Source: Lama guanicoe
Lineage: Eukaryota
Assembly: GCA_013239625.1 (NCBI GenBank)
Contig: MU053304.1
Location: forward strand, 2,480,001-2,544,000
Reading direction: 5' to 3'
Length of the DNA: 64,000 bases
Both the position numbers and the translations under genes were made by a program. Positions 50,365 to 63,059 of this stretch are shown one piece after another (within the stretch, counting starts at the first letter, position 1; the number at the start of each line of letters is the position of its first letter). A model generated the notes under the pieces. It worked only from the letters and a program-made list of their open reading frames with translations, was not told the origin of the DNA and searched no databases.

Positions 50365-51328
50365 CAGGACTCTCACAAGTTAGGAAGTCAGTGCGAAATA
50401 AAAATGCAGGTGGGCCTCGTTCCAAAAACAGGAAAAAAAAAATGGCATTCAGGTACAGAGCTTTTCCTTTCTTTTGTGATTCCTCTCCTGACTGGTCATG
50501 GTGCTTCTGTCCGCTAGTTCATGTCACTCAAACTAAAGGAAAATTAAAAATTTAAATTATTAGTATGAATTTTTCCATTCATCTTTATGTTGTGCAAGGC
50601 CAGCTTTCGTTGCATATTTTTAGAGCATCTAACGTGTGTGTGGAGTCGTCAAAATGACACAATCCCGATTTCATAGCCCGTACATGCATATGTATTGCAT
50701 CCTTGCCAGAATGGTGAGAATGCTGTTCAGAATGAACTCAGCTGCTTTTAGAAAAAGTGCTTCTTGAAGCACTCATTCTACTGATGTTCTGTACCTTCGG
50801 TTTACTGATGGGTAAGGAAAGTCCTAGAGGAAAAAGGGCTGTGGGACGCTCCATCTACAGGTGCTTAGCTAATGCAGGGAGGTAACACAAGGAGAGTGAA
50901 GACATTAGGATTCCATGGCATTAGTGTCTTACAAGGCATTGCCTTCTTTAAGGGCCCAAAACAAGTTCTGGTTGGAACAAAAAGTTTGGCATCTCCCAGC
51001 TGTTGGTGTTTCTGCTTCCTCAGCCACAAGACGTACCACACTTACTTTGTCCTCTCTTTTAGTCACACTGACTCCCACACAGTTTGGGGCCACTGGGACT
51101 CTGTGCTCTTGTTTCCCTTGCAAATGCTCTACTGGAATGGGGCCTCCAGGATCGGTGGACACGCACACTGAGCGTCCATCCTCCACCACGTGTGTGCCCG
51201 TCACACTTCACTTGCAAAACGCAAGTTCAAAGAGAAAAATTGAGAATTTTAGAACTGCTACAACAGAGCATTAAACCAACCACGCGGTCCTTCTGAGCAC
51301 AGATCACATCCTCACGAAGTCAACTCTG
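50365..51328 (-). mobile_element. MER45B/C-like hAT-Tip100 non-autonomous element (~960 bp)
   Basis: Both ends are reverse complements of MER45 termini: cagtgcgaaataaaaatgcagg and acaacagagcattaaaccaaccacgcggtccttctgagcac...gaagtcaactctg. They share termini with the MITE at 5850-6009. Confidence 0.75.
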
Positions 51329-51344
51329 TCGTTGGATTTGGAAG

Positions 51345-51740
51345 ATAAATGAAAATTTTACTTGAAGGAGAAGCAACAGTAAAGCTTCAAAGCTTGGACA
51401 GAGGGGAGTCTCAGAATGATTGCAACATACAATTCTTTCTATGCATGGATAAATGTGCTGTACTGTCCATAAGTAGAGCTGAGGGGGAAAACAAAGTTTC
51501 TGCAGTGGATACAAGCATCTCTCTCTTTGCTCTCTACTTATAATTAATAATGGTTCTTCATGATATATTTGTGTTTTTAGATCAGATTTCCAGAAAAGCA
51601 AACTTTGGACTTCAGAGTGGCAAAGTTGTAGTTCTTTCAATGTATCTAATTTGGGACTGTGTGATCGAAGACAGAACAAAAGTAGACTCTGATGTAAGAA
51701 GGGATTGTGTTTTTGAAAAGTTCATTTTCCAGGCACTTCT
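51345..51740 (+). mobile_element. Possible CR1/L3 RT C-terminal fossil
   Basis: Translations ...LEGEA...LDRGESQND...DKCAVLSI... and ...DIFVFLD...RKANFG...KVVVLSMY... follow the order of CR1 ORF2 motifs (KLGG..DR..IQ.D..DKCKVLHLG..DLGVLVD..KKAN..EVI.PLY). Very diverged. Confidence 0.35.
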
Positions 51741-52549
51741 CTGGCAGAGAAAGTCACTTTTCCTTAGAAATGTGACAAATAACGGTTGGGTCCTCGGGTT
51801 AGTGTAAAGCAACAACAGATCTGGTGTTGTGCTTGAAGTGTTAATGTTGACAGTGCGATTTAGTGACCAGAACCTCACCTGCAATATTTTTTAGGAGAAA
51901 TACATTTCAAAGACGAGGCACACGTGTGCACTCAACTTCCCTTATGTGAGCAGGGGCTTCCCCGAGCCCTGTGCTGGTGGAAGTGGGGCGGAGGAGTTTC
52001 CTCTGGTCCTGAAATTGGGTTGGCATCTATGAGAGGCATGAAGTCAGTGGGGTGGTGAAAAACACTAGATCATCTTTGGTACTGGTAACTTGCTCAATCG
52101 CTACATTTACAGAAGAGAAGGGTCTGTGGGAGGAAGAGAATGCTTGTCTGCAGACACTTAGGAGAACGTGTTTTTAGAACTGCTTTCCAGAATGCTGGGT
52201 GGATATCTTTCTGCTGGATATCCTAAGATGAGTTCCTTCTCCATATGTCCCTCTCTCTGAGTAGAAAATGTTAAGGTTTTCTGGTTGTTATATCAATATA
52301 ATTTAAAATCTGTTGCCCTGTGATGGTTGGAGAAGCTGAAATGTGCTGGTCCTTCTCCATAGTTTTTCCTCTATGACTTGTTGATAAATCCAGAAATTTC
52401 TTAAAAAACCCTGGGGGGTTGGGATAAAAAAGCGGACTCAACAACTATACTTCAACAAAATAAGACTATCAAAATAAGAAATGAGAAAGTGATCGTTAAA
52501 CGTAATGACCTATCAATGCTCAGAACACTAATGTGAATAATGGTGACTG

Positions 52550-52770
52550 ATATTTATTTAGAGTTCACTCAACTCACATAGGCACTGTGATAGATAGATA
52601 GATAGATATTAATTCATTTAGCCTCATATCAATCCTGTGATGTGCATATTATTTAAAAAATGAATTTATGGAGTCACCAAGATATGAAGTAACTAGACCA
52701 AGAAGCTCTAAGTGGTGAAGGAAAATCCAGACTCAGTGTGTCTGGTTCCAGGACAGCTTTTCTCAACACT
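52550..52770 (-). mobile_element. MIR SINE with internal (GATA)n
   Basis: atttatttagagttcact...ggcactgtgatagatagatagatag...attcatttagcctcatatcaatcctgtga...gtgtgtctggttcca. Confidence 0.7.
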
Positions 52771-54896
52771 GTTTTATTTTTATATTCTTATTTCTGACAT
52801 AGTCTTTATGTGGTGTAGGCTCAGAATTGCTGACACTTTGCTGGATGTTTAATGTGAAAGCTATTATTTTGATTCCCAGTTTAAATACGACTCAGATGCA
52901 TTAGGAAAAAACATGTGTTCATTTAAAAATAAAATTTACTAACACTTTATTAAAAATTATAAAACACTTCATAGTCCCACGATGGAAATTTGAGATATTT
53001 GGCCACAGTAAAAATTTGGCTTGATAGGAAATGAAAGATTATGCCTTAAAATACTATTTATTTTAGATTAAAACAATCTCACCCTCCTTTCCCATTTTAA
53101 AGCTTTTTATAGTCAAAGAAATAATATGATATTAGAATTTTTAGTTACTGTATATCTTATACTCTTTAACATCTGAAGGGTAATGTAAATGAGTTTATCA
53201 AATTAATTCATTAAATATCATGTAAACTTATTTTTTCCAATGTTTCTAAACAGCTTACAATCCCCATACCTTTAAAAAAGAAGTATATCCAGCACCAAGC
53301 ATGCCTGATATATAGTTTGTCTCTAGAAGATTGTTTATGAATTAAACAAATTAGCCCTGAGATACCAAGTACAACATGTAATAATTGCTAGAAAGGAATG
53401 TAATAAAACCAAGATTGAATGCTTGTATCCTTACTCGTGGAAAACTAGAAGGGACAAAATAAAAATACGAAATTTATTTCAGCAAGAATTTGACATAAAG
53501 AAAGAGCAATCTGAACTCCAGACCACATAAAAGTGACTATTTGAAAGAATTAAGATTTAAAAACAGAGAGACACAAGAATGTGTAATGAAATGGAAATGA
53601 GTTTCTCTCGGGCTGTAATGGAGAGTGTGGGGCTACGGAAGGAGGTTTAGAGCAGCTTAGTCCGAAGTAAATACAGTCACGCAGTTGTTTTACTAAGGAA
53701 AAATGGATTTCTCAAAATCAAAGACATCCTTTATAATTACTGTATTAAACCCTAATGGAGAATCAGGGAGCTGCTCTGATGTTTCCAGAACACCATAGAG
53801 AATTTTTCTTGTCTATGCCAAGGACAGTTCATCTCTCTTTAACTAAATTAAAAAGACTCCTTGGCAGGAAAAGGCCTGATATTATCTGAATATCATAGAT
53901 TAGACACTGCCTTCTCTGCTGTATCAAAATGGATATAGTGAGGGTGTGTTTTTTTCTTGATATAAAATATATATTATTCTAGAGTAAAAATAATATTCAA
54001 ATTACAGAAAGACTCGAACATACTTTAATATTTAAAATTAAGTTACATATCACTAGGGCTTTTATTTTTAAATTTTCACTAGATGTGAAGGATGTACATG
54101 CATACATATCAATATACAAAAGTTCATTTTTATTGGAGAAAAATATTAATATGTTTTATGGACCTTACGTGCCTTATTTATTTGCTATTTCTCCCTTTTT
54201 GTGTTCTTTTATGGCTCATATTTCCGTTCACAATAGTAACATTTTATTGACTGATTGATTTCACTTTTGAATATATTAGAAAAAAACAGGTAAAAAAACT
54301 ACTATAGGTCTTTTCTTTAACATTTTGGATATTGCTGGGTTTTTTCTTTTCTTGCCACCGTACCACCACCTTTTCCACTTTTCTCCACTATTACAAAATG
54401 GCTTTTAGTTAGAAACTAACCTTTCCCCAGCTCCCTCAGTTGTGCTGAAAAATATTCCTTCTCCCAAACACCCAGAATGGTGAAAGCATGTCCCTGCTTT
54501 TGAAAGACAGCTTCTAGTTCTAGAAATGTTATTGCAATTTAGCAGTTAGCTTGGGTTCTTATAGAATGGGGAAGGTTATTTTAAAATCTAATCAAAAGCG
54601 CCACTGAAATAAGACAAGATGAATCTTTAGAAGAAATAACTCATTCAAAACCAGGACTGTGATTTGAGAATGAAAATGTACCGCAGTATCCTATGGAGGC
54701 ACACAGAATGACAACTGATTTGGCATGCTTTTAAAATACATTTGGAAATGTATGCATTCAGCCAAAACAAAGCCTGGCAGGAGTTGCACTAAGACACGTT
54801 TGCAAGTTCTCATAGCATTAAAAAAGGTTGTGTTGGGGTGGGATTCACAGATTCTGTAAACGATAGAACAGGAATTTCACATCTCCAATCTGTAAT

Positions 54897-55495
54897 TGTG
54901 ATAGTGTGATATAATAAGAAATATATATTTTGGTCTTTGTCCCTGGCTCAGGGCCAGATCTCCTAAAGCCTTTGTAATTTCTTAAATGATGAAGGCTGTA
55001 GAAGCATCTTTTGTTCTAATATTTGGTCGTTACTCTGGTTCCTGACACAGATCTCCTAAACTCCTTGGAATTTCCTGTGTGATAAGAACATTTCTTGGTA
55101 GTTCGCTGGGTAGCTTCCAAGGGGAGGCTGGGCACCAGAAAGACCAAGCTATGATTAGGAGCTTGGAACTTTCAGCCCCACACCCTCCATGGGGCTGAAA
55201 GAGAAGAGATGGAGACTGGGTTAATAATTGATCATGACTATGTGATAAAGCCTCCATAAAAATCTCTTAACTAGAGTTTGGAGAACTTTCAGCTTGGTGA
55301 ACACATCCCCGTGCCAGGAGGGTGGCAGATCCCAGCTCCACGGGGACAGAAGCTCCTGTGTTTGGGATCCTTTTGGACCTCACCCTGTGTATTTGGTCCT
55401 CTGTTATATAATAAACCAGTATGTAATTGTTTCCTGGAGCTCTCTGAGCCATTCTAACAAATAATCTATCCATTCAGTTGAACCCAATGAGGGTA
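54897..55495. mobile_element. MER21-type (ERVL) LTR
   Basis: tgtgatagtgtgatataataagaaatatatattttggtctttgtccctgg...caccagaaagaccaagc...ggtgaacacatcc...ggggacagaagctcctgtg...gagccattctaacaaat. Confidence 0.8.
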
Positions 55496-56035
55496 CATTC
55501 AGACAATGGAATATTATTCAGTATTAAAAATAAATGAGCTACCAAGTGATGAAAATAAATGCATATTATTAAGTGAAAGAAGCCAAACTGAAAAGGCTAA
55601 ATACTGAATGATTCCAACTATATGGCATTCTAGAAAAGCCAAAACTATGGAGACAGTAAAAAGATCAGTAGTTGCCAGGGGTTGTGGGGGAGGAAGGTGG
55701 ATAAGTGAAGAACACGGATTTTTAGGCCAGTGAACTCTATCAAACTCTGGTATATATGACACTGTAATAGTGGATACATGTCACTATGTATTTTGTCCAA
55801 ACCCATAAAATGTACAACAGCAAGAGTGAACATTACCGTAAACTATGGACTTCAGGTGATAATGAAGTGTCAACATAGGTTCATCAATTGTCATAAATGT
55901 ACCACTCTGGTGGGATGTTGATAATGGGGGAGGCTCTGCAAGTGTGGAGGCAGGGGATGTATGAGAAATCTCCATATCTTTTGCTCAACTTTGCTGTGAA
56001 CCCAAATCTCCTCTAAAAGATAGTTTTAAAATAAA
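55495..56035 (+). mobile_element. L1MC1-like 3' end
   Basis: caatggaatattattcag...aagtgaaagaagccaaactgaaaaggcta...gtaaactatggacttcaggtgataatg...tttgctgtgaacccaaa. Confidence 0.88.
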
Positions 56036-56231
56036 GTGTTATTTTATATCGTACTTACTACAAACTTATCACATACAGGTGAACTTATTTGAAACATAAC
56101 AAAGAGTATTAGGACAAACCAGTAACCTTAATCATACTGTCCTTGTTAATATTCAATGAAGAGCCCTCTATTAATGTTATTTATATCATAATACTTTATA
56201 AAGAATGTTCACTTCTTGCGTTAGTCATAGA

Positions 56232-56425
56232 TTCTATGGCAGAGATGCTTGCTGTCCATACAGTACCTGCTGCCCCTCCTTTTACAAGAGGGCCCTCATG
56301 TAGTTTGAGTAGCAACTGGTCCAGCCCCAGTTCCGCTCACTACGTCAGATGATGGATTTCCATTCTCTTTTGCAACTAAGAATCGTCACACAATCCAGTT
56401 CTAGGCCAATAAGTATAAAAGCCAA
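56232..56425. mobile_element. Old ERVL LTR fragment (LTR16/LTR33-like)
   Basis: tggcagagatgcttgctgtcc...ttttgcaactaag...cacaatccagttctaggccaataagtataaaag. Confidence 0.45.
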
Positions 56426-56429
56426 AGAT

Positions 56430-57492
56430 CTAAGAAATAGAAAGCAGGTACACAATTGCAAATTAAGATCAATACATTTGTTAAATTTCTGGCAAGGCTG
56501 ATCAAGAAAAAGAAAAAACAAATTATCCATTTCACATACATTTGCAAAACTCATTATAGGATTTTATTTTATTGATTGGTTATTGTAAAATAATTCATGC
56601 CGAATCTCAGTGGCTTAAAACTATAACCCTTCATTGTTGCTCAAGTGTCTGTGGGTCTGTTGGATTTCAGCTGATTCAGCTGTGCCCAGCCAGGAGGCCA
56701 TGACAAACAGATGCACAGAGAGAGAGGATAATTGGGAGCATCATTCAATCTACCACAGTTGTCTACAACTTCATACCAATATATTTCATGATGTAGAAGA
56801 AATGGACAAATCACTTGGAAAATAAAACTACTGAATTAGGAAAAATAATAAATACAAATATTCTTATATTATTAAAGAAATTGAATGGAAAATTAACCTT
56901 TTTTCCCCCCACAAATACAGTCCCTGACATGAATATCTTCACTGGTGAATTTTTCCAAACATTTAAAGAAGGAATAACACAAATGTTGCATAAACTCTTC
57001 CAAAAAATAGAGTAAGATATAAAACTGCCCAGTTCATTTTAGAGGTTTGCATGACCTTGATAGTAAAACTGACAAGAACATTGCAAGAAGAAATTGTAAG
57101 CTATTATTTCACATAATCGTAGGCAAAAATCCTAAACAAAATTATAATAAATCAAATCCAGTACTCCTTGTAAGGAATAATATATTATGATCAATTTGGT
57201 TTATATCAGGAAACCTTCTAAGATTGGGCTAGCATTCAAAAAAAAATCGATGAATGTAGGTCACTACATTAACAAGACAAGAAAAACACCACATCATTCT
57301 CAATAGAGACATATTAAAAACCAGCAAACTAGAAACAGGAGGAAATGTCCTCAGTCAAATCAAGCATATCTCCCAAAAACATTCAGCTAACATCATATTC
57401 AGTGTGGAAAGACTAAACTCTTTCCCTTTGAGTTTGCAACCAAGTTGAAGGTGCTCATTAGTGTTTCTATGCAGCATTGTCCCAGAGGCCCT
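56430..57492 (+). mobile_element. Old L1 ORF2 (reverse transcriptase region) fossil, with a small MLT1-like interruption at ~56570-56700
   Basis: ORF 56815-57015 gives FTGEFFQTFKEGITQMLHKLFQKIE (cf. L1 ORF2p FTAEFYQ.FKEEL.P.L.KLFQ.IE). Also gatgtagaagaaatggacaaa (EEMDK), aaaatcctaaacaaaatt (KILNKI) and gctaacatcatattc (ANII). Many stops and frameshifts. Confidence 0.9.
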
Positions 57493-58671
57493 TCAGCAGT
57501 GCTTGTGAAGTGAAATTATGTATTAATTTCTTTTCTTTTGTATACATGTCTATAAAACACTAAGGCATTCACAAAAGGAATATTATTCAAGGGGTCTTTT
57601 ACCCCTGAGCCCTTTGAAAGTTCTTCCAGAAACCCCACATTTTGTTCACGGGCTGTCAGTCAGAGCTGAGAGTTCTCTGCATCCAATGTGAATGTTCCTT
57701 TTTGACTAAAGAGGAAATGGAAAACTTTTGAGAATTTTTTTTAACCAAAAAATATGAATTACTTCACCATTGGAAGGCTCCTGTATACTCTCACACTCCA
57801 ACAAATCACTTGGTAACTTTACAGGAGCAGGAAATGAGTTAAAATCATAACCGATAATAAACATTTCAAATGAGTTCACATGTCTGTGCGCAGCTTGTGG
57901 CCATGTGGAACCTTGGCAGCTCCTGCCGGAAGACGTGACATGATTCCTCCAGCCTCCTGGCTACAAGGCAGGAACGTTGCTGGAATGAAAGGCTTCATGG
58001 AGCTGAAAACAAGAGCCTTTGCCTATGAAGAACCACAGAACCTGGGAAGCATGCAAAGAACGCAGCCCTTTAGCTAAATTACCTAACTGGAAATTACTCA
58101 GCCAGGAGCTCCATCCTGCTGGGAACTCTTGGTCAATCTGCGAAGAAATGAGCAGTTAAAGAAAAATCTCCAGGCTGAACATTTTTTATTTTGAAGGTTT
58201 TATGGTCATGAAACTAGAGAAGACGGTGGCGTGATCCCTCTAGCATCAGAACGAATTTGACTTTTGCTTCTTTGTTTCCCTTTTCAAAACATTTTAACCA
58301 CTGATTTTAATGGTTTTTTGAAAACACCAGTTGAGTCACAGGGAGTCTGATTCAATCCAAATTGTGTCTCCACGTTAGGTAGAAACATTATTAGCTCTAT
58401 CTCTTATGTAATTTTATGAAGTTTAAAAAATGTATTTGTACTTGTTTAAAGGAAAGTGGGACTAATAGTAAAAGCAGAACAGGTAGTCATCGTATTTCAA
58501 AGGCAAGTTCTTCAGAATATAGATGAGTCACTATTTGAAACTTGAAACAGATTTTCTCACAGAAGGAATGTGCAATGGTGTGAAAGTTCACAGAAGGAAT
58601 AGTGCTATGCTATAAACATTACATATATATATATTTTTTTATTTTGACATTCGGAAAAATGTATCCTGGGA

Positions 58672-59010
58672 ATGTTAGTCAAGATGTGCAAGTAACAGAA
58701 ACCAGCTAGCTAGCTGACTAGGCCATGGGAACTCGTTAAAAGGAAGCAAAGTTATCGCTTAGGATTCAGGAATGTCAGCTGCTGGCCTGGGAACTAGGGC
58801 CAGGAACTATCTGTAAAGCTGTCATTGCTATACCTCTGTCTCTTGTCTCTGCCCCCTGGACTGAGCAGACAGACTTTGCTGCCCCCTCCATATATGGCAG
58901 GTGGTACATGGTCACCCAGTGGCTTCCAATGCTCCTCTATTCCCTTTGATGAGTCCACATCAGACTGGCTGGACTGGGTCTCAGCTTTGATTCCGAAGAG
59001 CCATTGACTG
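58672..59010 (-). mobile_element. Old MLT1 (K/L/M-like) LTR fragment
   Basis: tgttagtcaagatgtgcaagtaacagaaaccagct...ctctgtctcttgtctctg...acatggtcacccag. Confidence 0.5.
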
Positions 59011-59300
59011 GCCTCGTTTGGATCAGGTCTCGCTCTGAAGTCCAGCTGGCTGCCAGGATGTCGATCCTCTGTCAAGGATGCAGTTCTTAGAGAAAGAAGT
59101 AGTTTGGGGCGGGTGGAAGTCCAATGTGAGTTTTAACTCGTGGCATCCAGAGATAATACCACAGGCAAGATGATGCCAGAAGCACCGTGGGTGTTGGTGT
59201 TGGTGGCCTAGGGGGGCATAGTCGGTATGACTCAGGGTTGGAGAGTGTGGCTATTGCTAACTCTTTCGGTTTACATAAGAGAAGATGCTTCTCTATACTT

Positions 59301-59629
59301 TGTAAAAAATTAATAAACTGAAACCTCAGTTCAATAGAGCTGGGTGACCAGAAGGGGAGCTCTCACTCCCTGTAATGAGAGCAGAGGCCAACAGGAAGAC
59401 GAAAAGACTCCTCTTCTTTCCTGGCAAGGACTCAGCCAACGAAAGGTCGTGGCCTTTGTTTACTCCAAGACTTCCAACTTCCGTTTCTCTCTATAAAAAA
59501 TCTCTCTTTTCCTTGCTGTGCACCTGGCTCACCACAGTGGCAGACCCCTAATTGCAATTCTCTGCTGATCCCAAATAAACTCATCATTGCTGGAGATATA
59601 ACTGGCAATCTGTATGTTTCAGGTCAACA
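59301..59629 (+). mobile_element. ERV1-class solo LTR with 4-bp TSD
   Basis: TG...CA termini (tgtaaaaaatt...tcaggtcaaca), TATAAAA at ~59492, AATAAA at ~59574, identical ACTT flanks at 59297-59300 and 59630-59633. Confidence 0.88.
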
Positions 59630-59669
59630 ACTTGTAGTCCTGTAGATCAGCCTAAATGTGTTGAAGAAT

Positions 59670-59838
59670 AAAGAGCAGGTGGGCATGGGAGAAATAGGGA
59701 GATGTTGGTCAAAGGCTACAGAGTTTCAATTGTTCAAGATGTATATGTTCTGGAGATCCAGTGTATAGCCTGGTGATTATAGTTAATCATGCTATATTAT
59801 ACACTTGACATTTATTAAGTCGATCTTAAGTGTTTTCA

Positions 59839-59871
<33 letters not shown>

Positions 59872-60015
59872 GGTAGGAACATAAGACAGTGGATATAATT
59901 AACTCGACTATGGTAGTCATTTCACAGTGTATGCATCTATCAATAACCATATTGCACACCTTAAAAATATACAATTCTATTGGTTAATTATACTTTAATA
60001 AAACTGGGGAAAAAA
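59670..60015 (+). mobile_element. L1MA9-like 3' end with internal (CA)n
   Basis: ggagatgttggtcaaaggctacagagtttca...gttctggagatc...gatcttaagtgttttcactacacacac...gcacaccttaaaaatatacaatt...aataaaactggg. Confidence 0.88.
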
Positions 60016-60149
60016 GTAAAGGACAATTAGCCAGTTGTCATGGGAAAATTGAAATGGTGTCTGACCCCACTTCTCTTGCTTGTGTAAAATACAGACATGC
60101 CCTTGGCTAGTTGGGAGTCTACACGCCTTTCACAAAAATCCTTTATATG

Positions 60150-60270
60150 TTTTCAAACTTTATTGAAATACATGAGTTCATTTGATCTCCACACCCATTC
60201 TACAATACCAGTGATTTTTCTCCTCACTTTACAGGGTAGAAAACTGAGTCAGAGTTAATATCTGGAGGCT
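60150..60270 (-). mobile_element. MIR fragment
   Basis: ttcatttgatctccacacccattct...cctcactttacagggtagaaaactgagtcagag. Confidence 0.6.
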
Positions 60271-61619
60271 AAGAAACTGAAGACAGACTCGTGAAAGTGT
60301 GTGTAGCTTCTGGGGAATCTCATGGATTCTGAACTGACAGTTCTTGCTTTATCGTGATTATTGGTCTTTTAAACATCAAACGAGGATGTATATTAGTGCT
60401 CTGCTCTCTACCACTGAGTAAACAAGATGGGAGCACCTGCAGGGAGTGTCGTGTCATGCATCTTAAGCACACAGTTTTATTCCACACTCCAATTCATGGG
60501 CTTGGTCCATATGCTTGGGCCACCATGCTTACCCCCCATTTCCCCAACAAAGCTCTGCTCTGATTTTCAGCCTGTATGGAATCCCGGGGCCACACCAAAC
60601 TTCACAGCTTGAATCAAATCCATTTACTTGAAAATATTGAGGGGTTGCTTCAATAAAGACCACCTACCTTTCTGGAACCAAAATCCTCTGCTTTACCAAC
60701 TTCAAGGGTTTCAACTGCTTGAAAAACTACTCCTTCTGTGTTCCTTCAGATACCAGCAGAAGTCTGGGTCAGACTTGAGTATGTCCGATGAGATTAGGAA
60801 TGGATTTAGCTGTTGAATGTCTACCTGGTAGTCTTGCTCTATAACCAGGTCGTTCCTCCAGCTAAGACCCTAGAGATTTCTGTATCATCTTCTCCACTTG
60901 GCCCCAGCATACTGTGCTGCAAATATTTTGTCAGAAACAAGTATAAAGAAATAGAAGTTCTGAATCTGAAGATACTTTAACTAATCCTCTCACTTTGTAC
61001 ATAAGAAATCTACATGGTGATTAGCTGGCAGATTCGGAGCTAGAACTGAAGCCCCTATTTAGGGACAAGGGAGCCTGTCCCATGGTCTGTATGTTTATCA
61101 TCCAGGAGGCCACTGACCTCCATAGGTGCGAGTGTGGCTGGTCATGGAATGTGCCATCTGAGGGCTGAAGGATGATGGGGACAGTGTGAAAGGATGCGAT
61201 TCCTACAGATTATGGCCTTTAGAAAAAAACAAGACAGTGAAAATATAGGGAGCTAAAGCAGAATGAAAATATAAACAATCTAGTCACGTGTTTGCAAAAG
61301 CTAGTCCTCAAGGGGCTACTGTGGGTGAATGGAGGCCCCATGGCCGGTTCCATTTCCCATCACCTGCTTCAGTGACAGCACCTCTCCGTTGTCTGTTCCT
61401 CCTTTACTGTGGAATTATTTATACCTACAGGTAGTTAACATAGTAAGAATATTCAATGTTTACCGTGAAGATAGGGTTGAAGCCCCTGTGTAACTCTCCC
61501 TGACCTCCTTCCTCTTCTTCTATCCTGATGAAACTCCCATCCTCAATTTGGTGATCACCATTCTCTCTCATTTTGGCACAGGAATCAGCACAGAGTTAGA
61601 GCTAAAGGGACAGACCTAA

Positions 61620-61953
61620 CATGGCATCAGGCTTGTTCTTCCCTGTTATACTGCTTGGCTTGTGGCTGCATCACTTCAAGGTCAGTATCTTCAAATCTCT
61701 CTCTGGTCCTTCACATTATACTCTGCTCTGTGTGTGGTCAAAGCTCACTCTGCCTTTCCCCTAGAAGAACACGTGTGATTGCATACAGTGTTCACCCGGA
61801 TAACCCCCAATAATCTCCTCATTTTGAATTAAAATCCCTGACATAATCACACTCACAAAGACTTTACTGTGTAAGGCTGTATAAGGTAACGTTCACAAGT
61901 TCTAGGGACTAGGGTCTGATTTCTTTAGGGGAGGCCACCGTTTAGTCCACCAC
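61620..61953 (-). mobile_element. MLT1D/E-type MaLR LTR (partial)
   Basis: cttggcttgtggctgcatcacttc...acacgtgtgattgcat...cccggataacccccaataatctcc...tataaggtaacgttcacaagttctagggactagg...tttagtccaccaca. Confidence 0.82.
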
Positions 61954-61956
61954 ATT

Positions 61957-62110
61957 CAGTCTCTCCAAGTTTCAGTTTCCTCATCTGCAAAACAGAGATA
62001 AGAATACCAAACACTTGGGATGTGGTGTTCTGTGGGTTAAATAAAAACCATAAATATGAACTCACATAAACACACAGACAAACTCAGAATTCTCAGTAAA
62101 TGGAGCCTAA
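61957..62110 (+). mobile_element. MIR 3' part
   Basis: tttcagtttcctcatctgcaaaacagagataagaatacc...gggttaaataaaaccataaatatgaa...tctcagtaaatg. Confidence 0.75.
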
Positions 62111-63059
62111 GGAAAACCATAATTTATCTCCATGGAGCTTTGTGAGCTATGAACATTTCTTAAGCCTGCAATTCTGAAATTCTTACAGGTATAACTAATT
62201 TGGCATTCAGTTTGATTCTGTCTCAGTACACAGTATTTTAACAATTTCCTGGATGCTTGGCTTGTCTGCTTCCAAAATTCTAAGCTAACAATAAAATAAT
62301 ATATTCCGTGTTGTCCTTGTTATGATCTCCTCACCTGGAAGAGGAGAGAGATATATACAATAATGGACATTGTGTTTTTGAATTAATTAGATGTGCTCAG
62401 AGAATAGAGGTGGTAGATATTAATTCTGCCTGGATTTTCCCAGAGGAGCTACTGAGCTGGACCTGCCAACTAGCCACTAGTGTCCACATTTCCTTTAAGC
62501 CAAGCTTTGCCCATCTTTGTTTGCTATGCTCACTACCAGGAAATCTTAATCCTGTTGACATCATCTTTAAAATTTTTCATCTGAGCACCAAAAAAATAAC
62601 TGGATCTGGTATCTTTCAAAACAGTTGGTTTCTCCATTAATTTCCTCTTGTTTTGTTTTCCATAGACCACTTCTACTGAGATGCTGGTTTCTCTGTTCAT
62701 GATAAGAGTGGCAGACAAGGCTTCTTGAACCTTGGGATAAATGCTGGCCTGACCAGACACGAAGTAGAGAAACAACAGTGTTTCTACCAGGAGACAACAT
62801 TAATGCTGCTCGTGTTGACTTTGCTCAAGGTGATCTAAAACATGTCCATGTGAAGAATATGCAGGTCCAGAAATTCCATGGGCCTGGTAACCGATGGCTG
62901 CTGAAGTTACTAACAGGCCCATCAACACCAGCCTTTAAGCATCAAATCCGCCATCTTTCTTCTTCTATAAGCATCTTCCATGCTGTGCTCCATACTGCGA
63001 GGAAAAGAGAATAGAGTCAATTCTGGATTATTTGATGTTTCCTAACATGCCTCTTTCCT

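Noticed and set aside
50872..51296. Four overlapping ORFs
   Set aside because: They lie within a non-autonomous MER45-like element and show no transposase similarity.
56815..57015. RT-like ORF as a functional gene
   Set aside because: It lies in an L1 ORF2 fossil with many stops and frameshifts.
62660..63014. Coding-looking segment, possible processed pseudogene
   Set aside because: No recognisable protein in the frames I translated, and no poly(A) or TSD seen.
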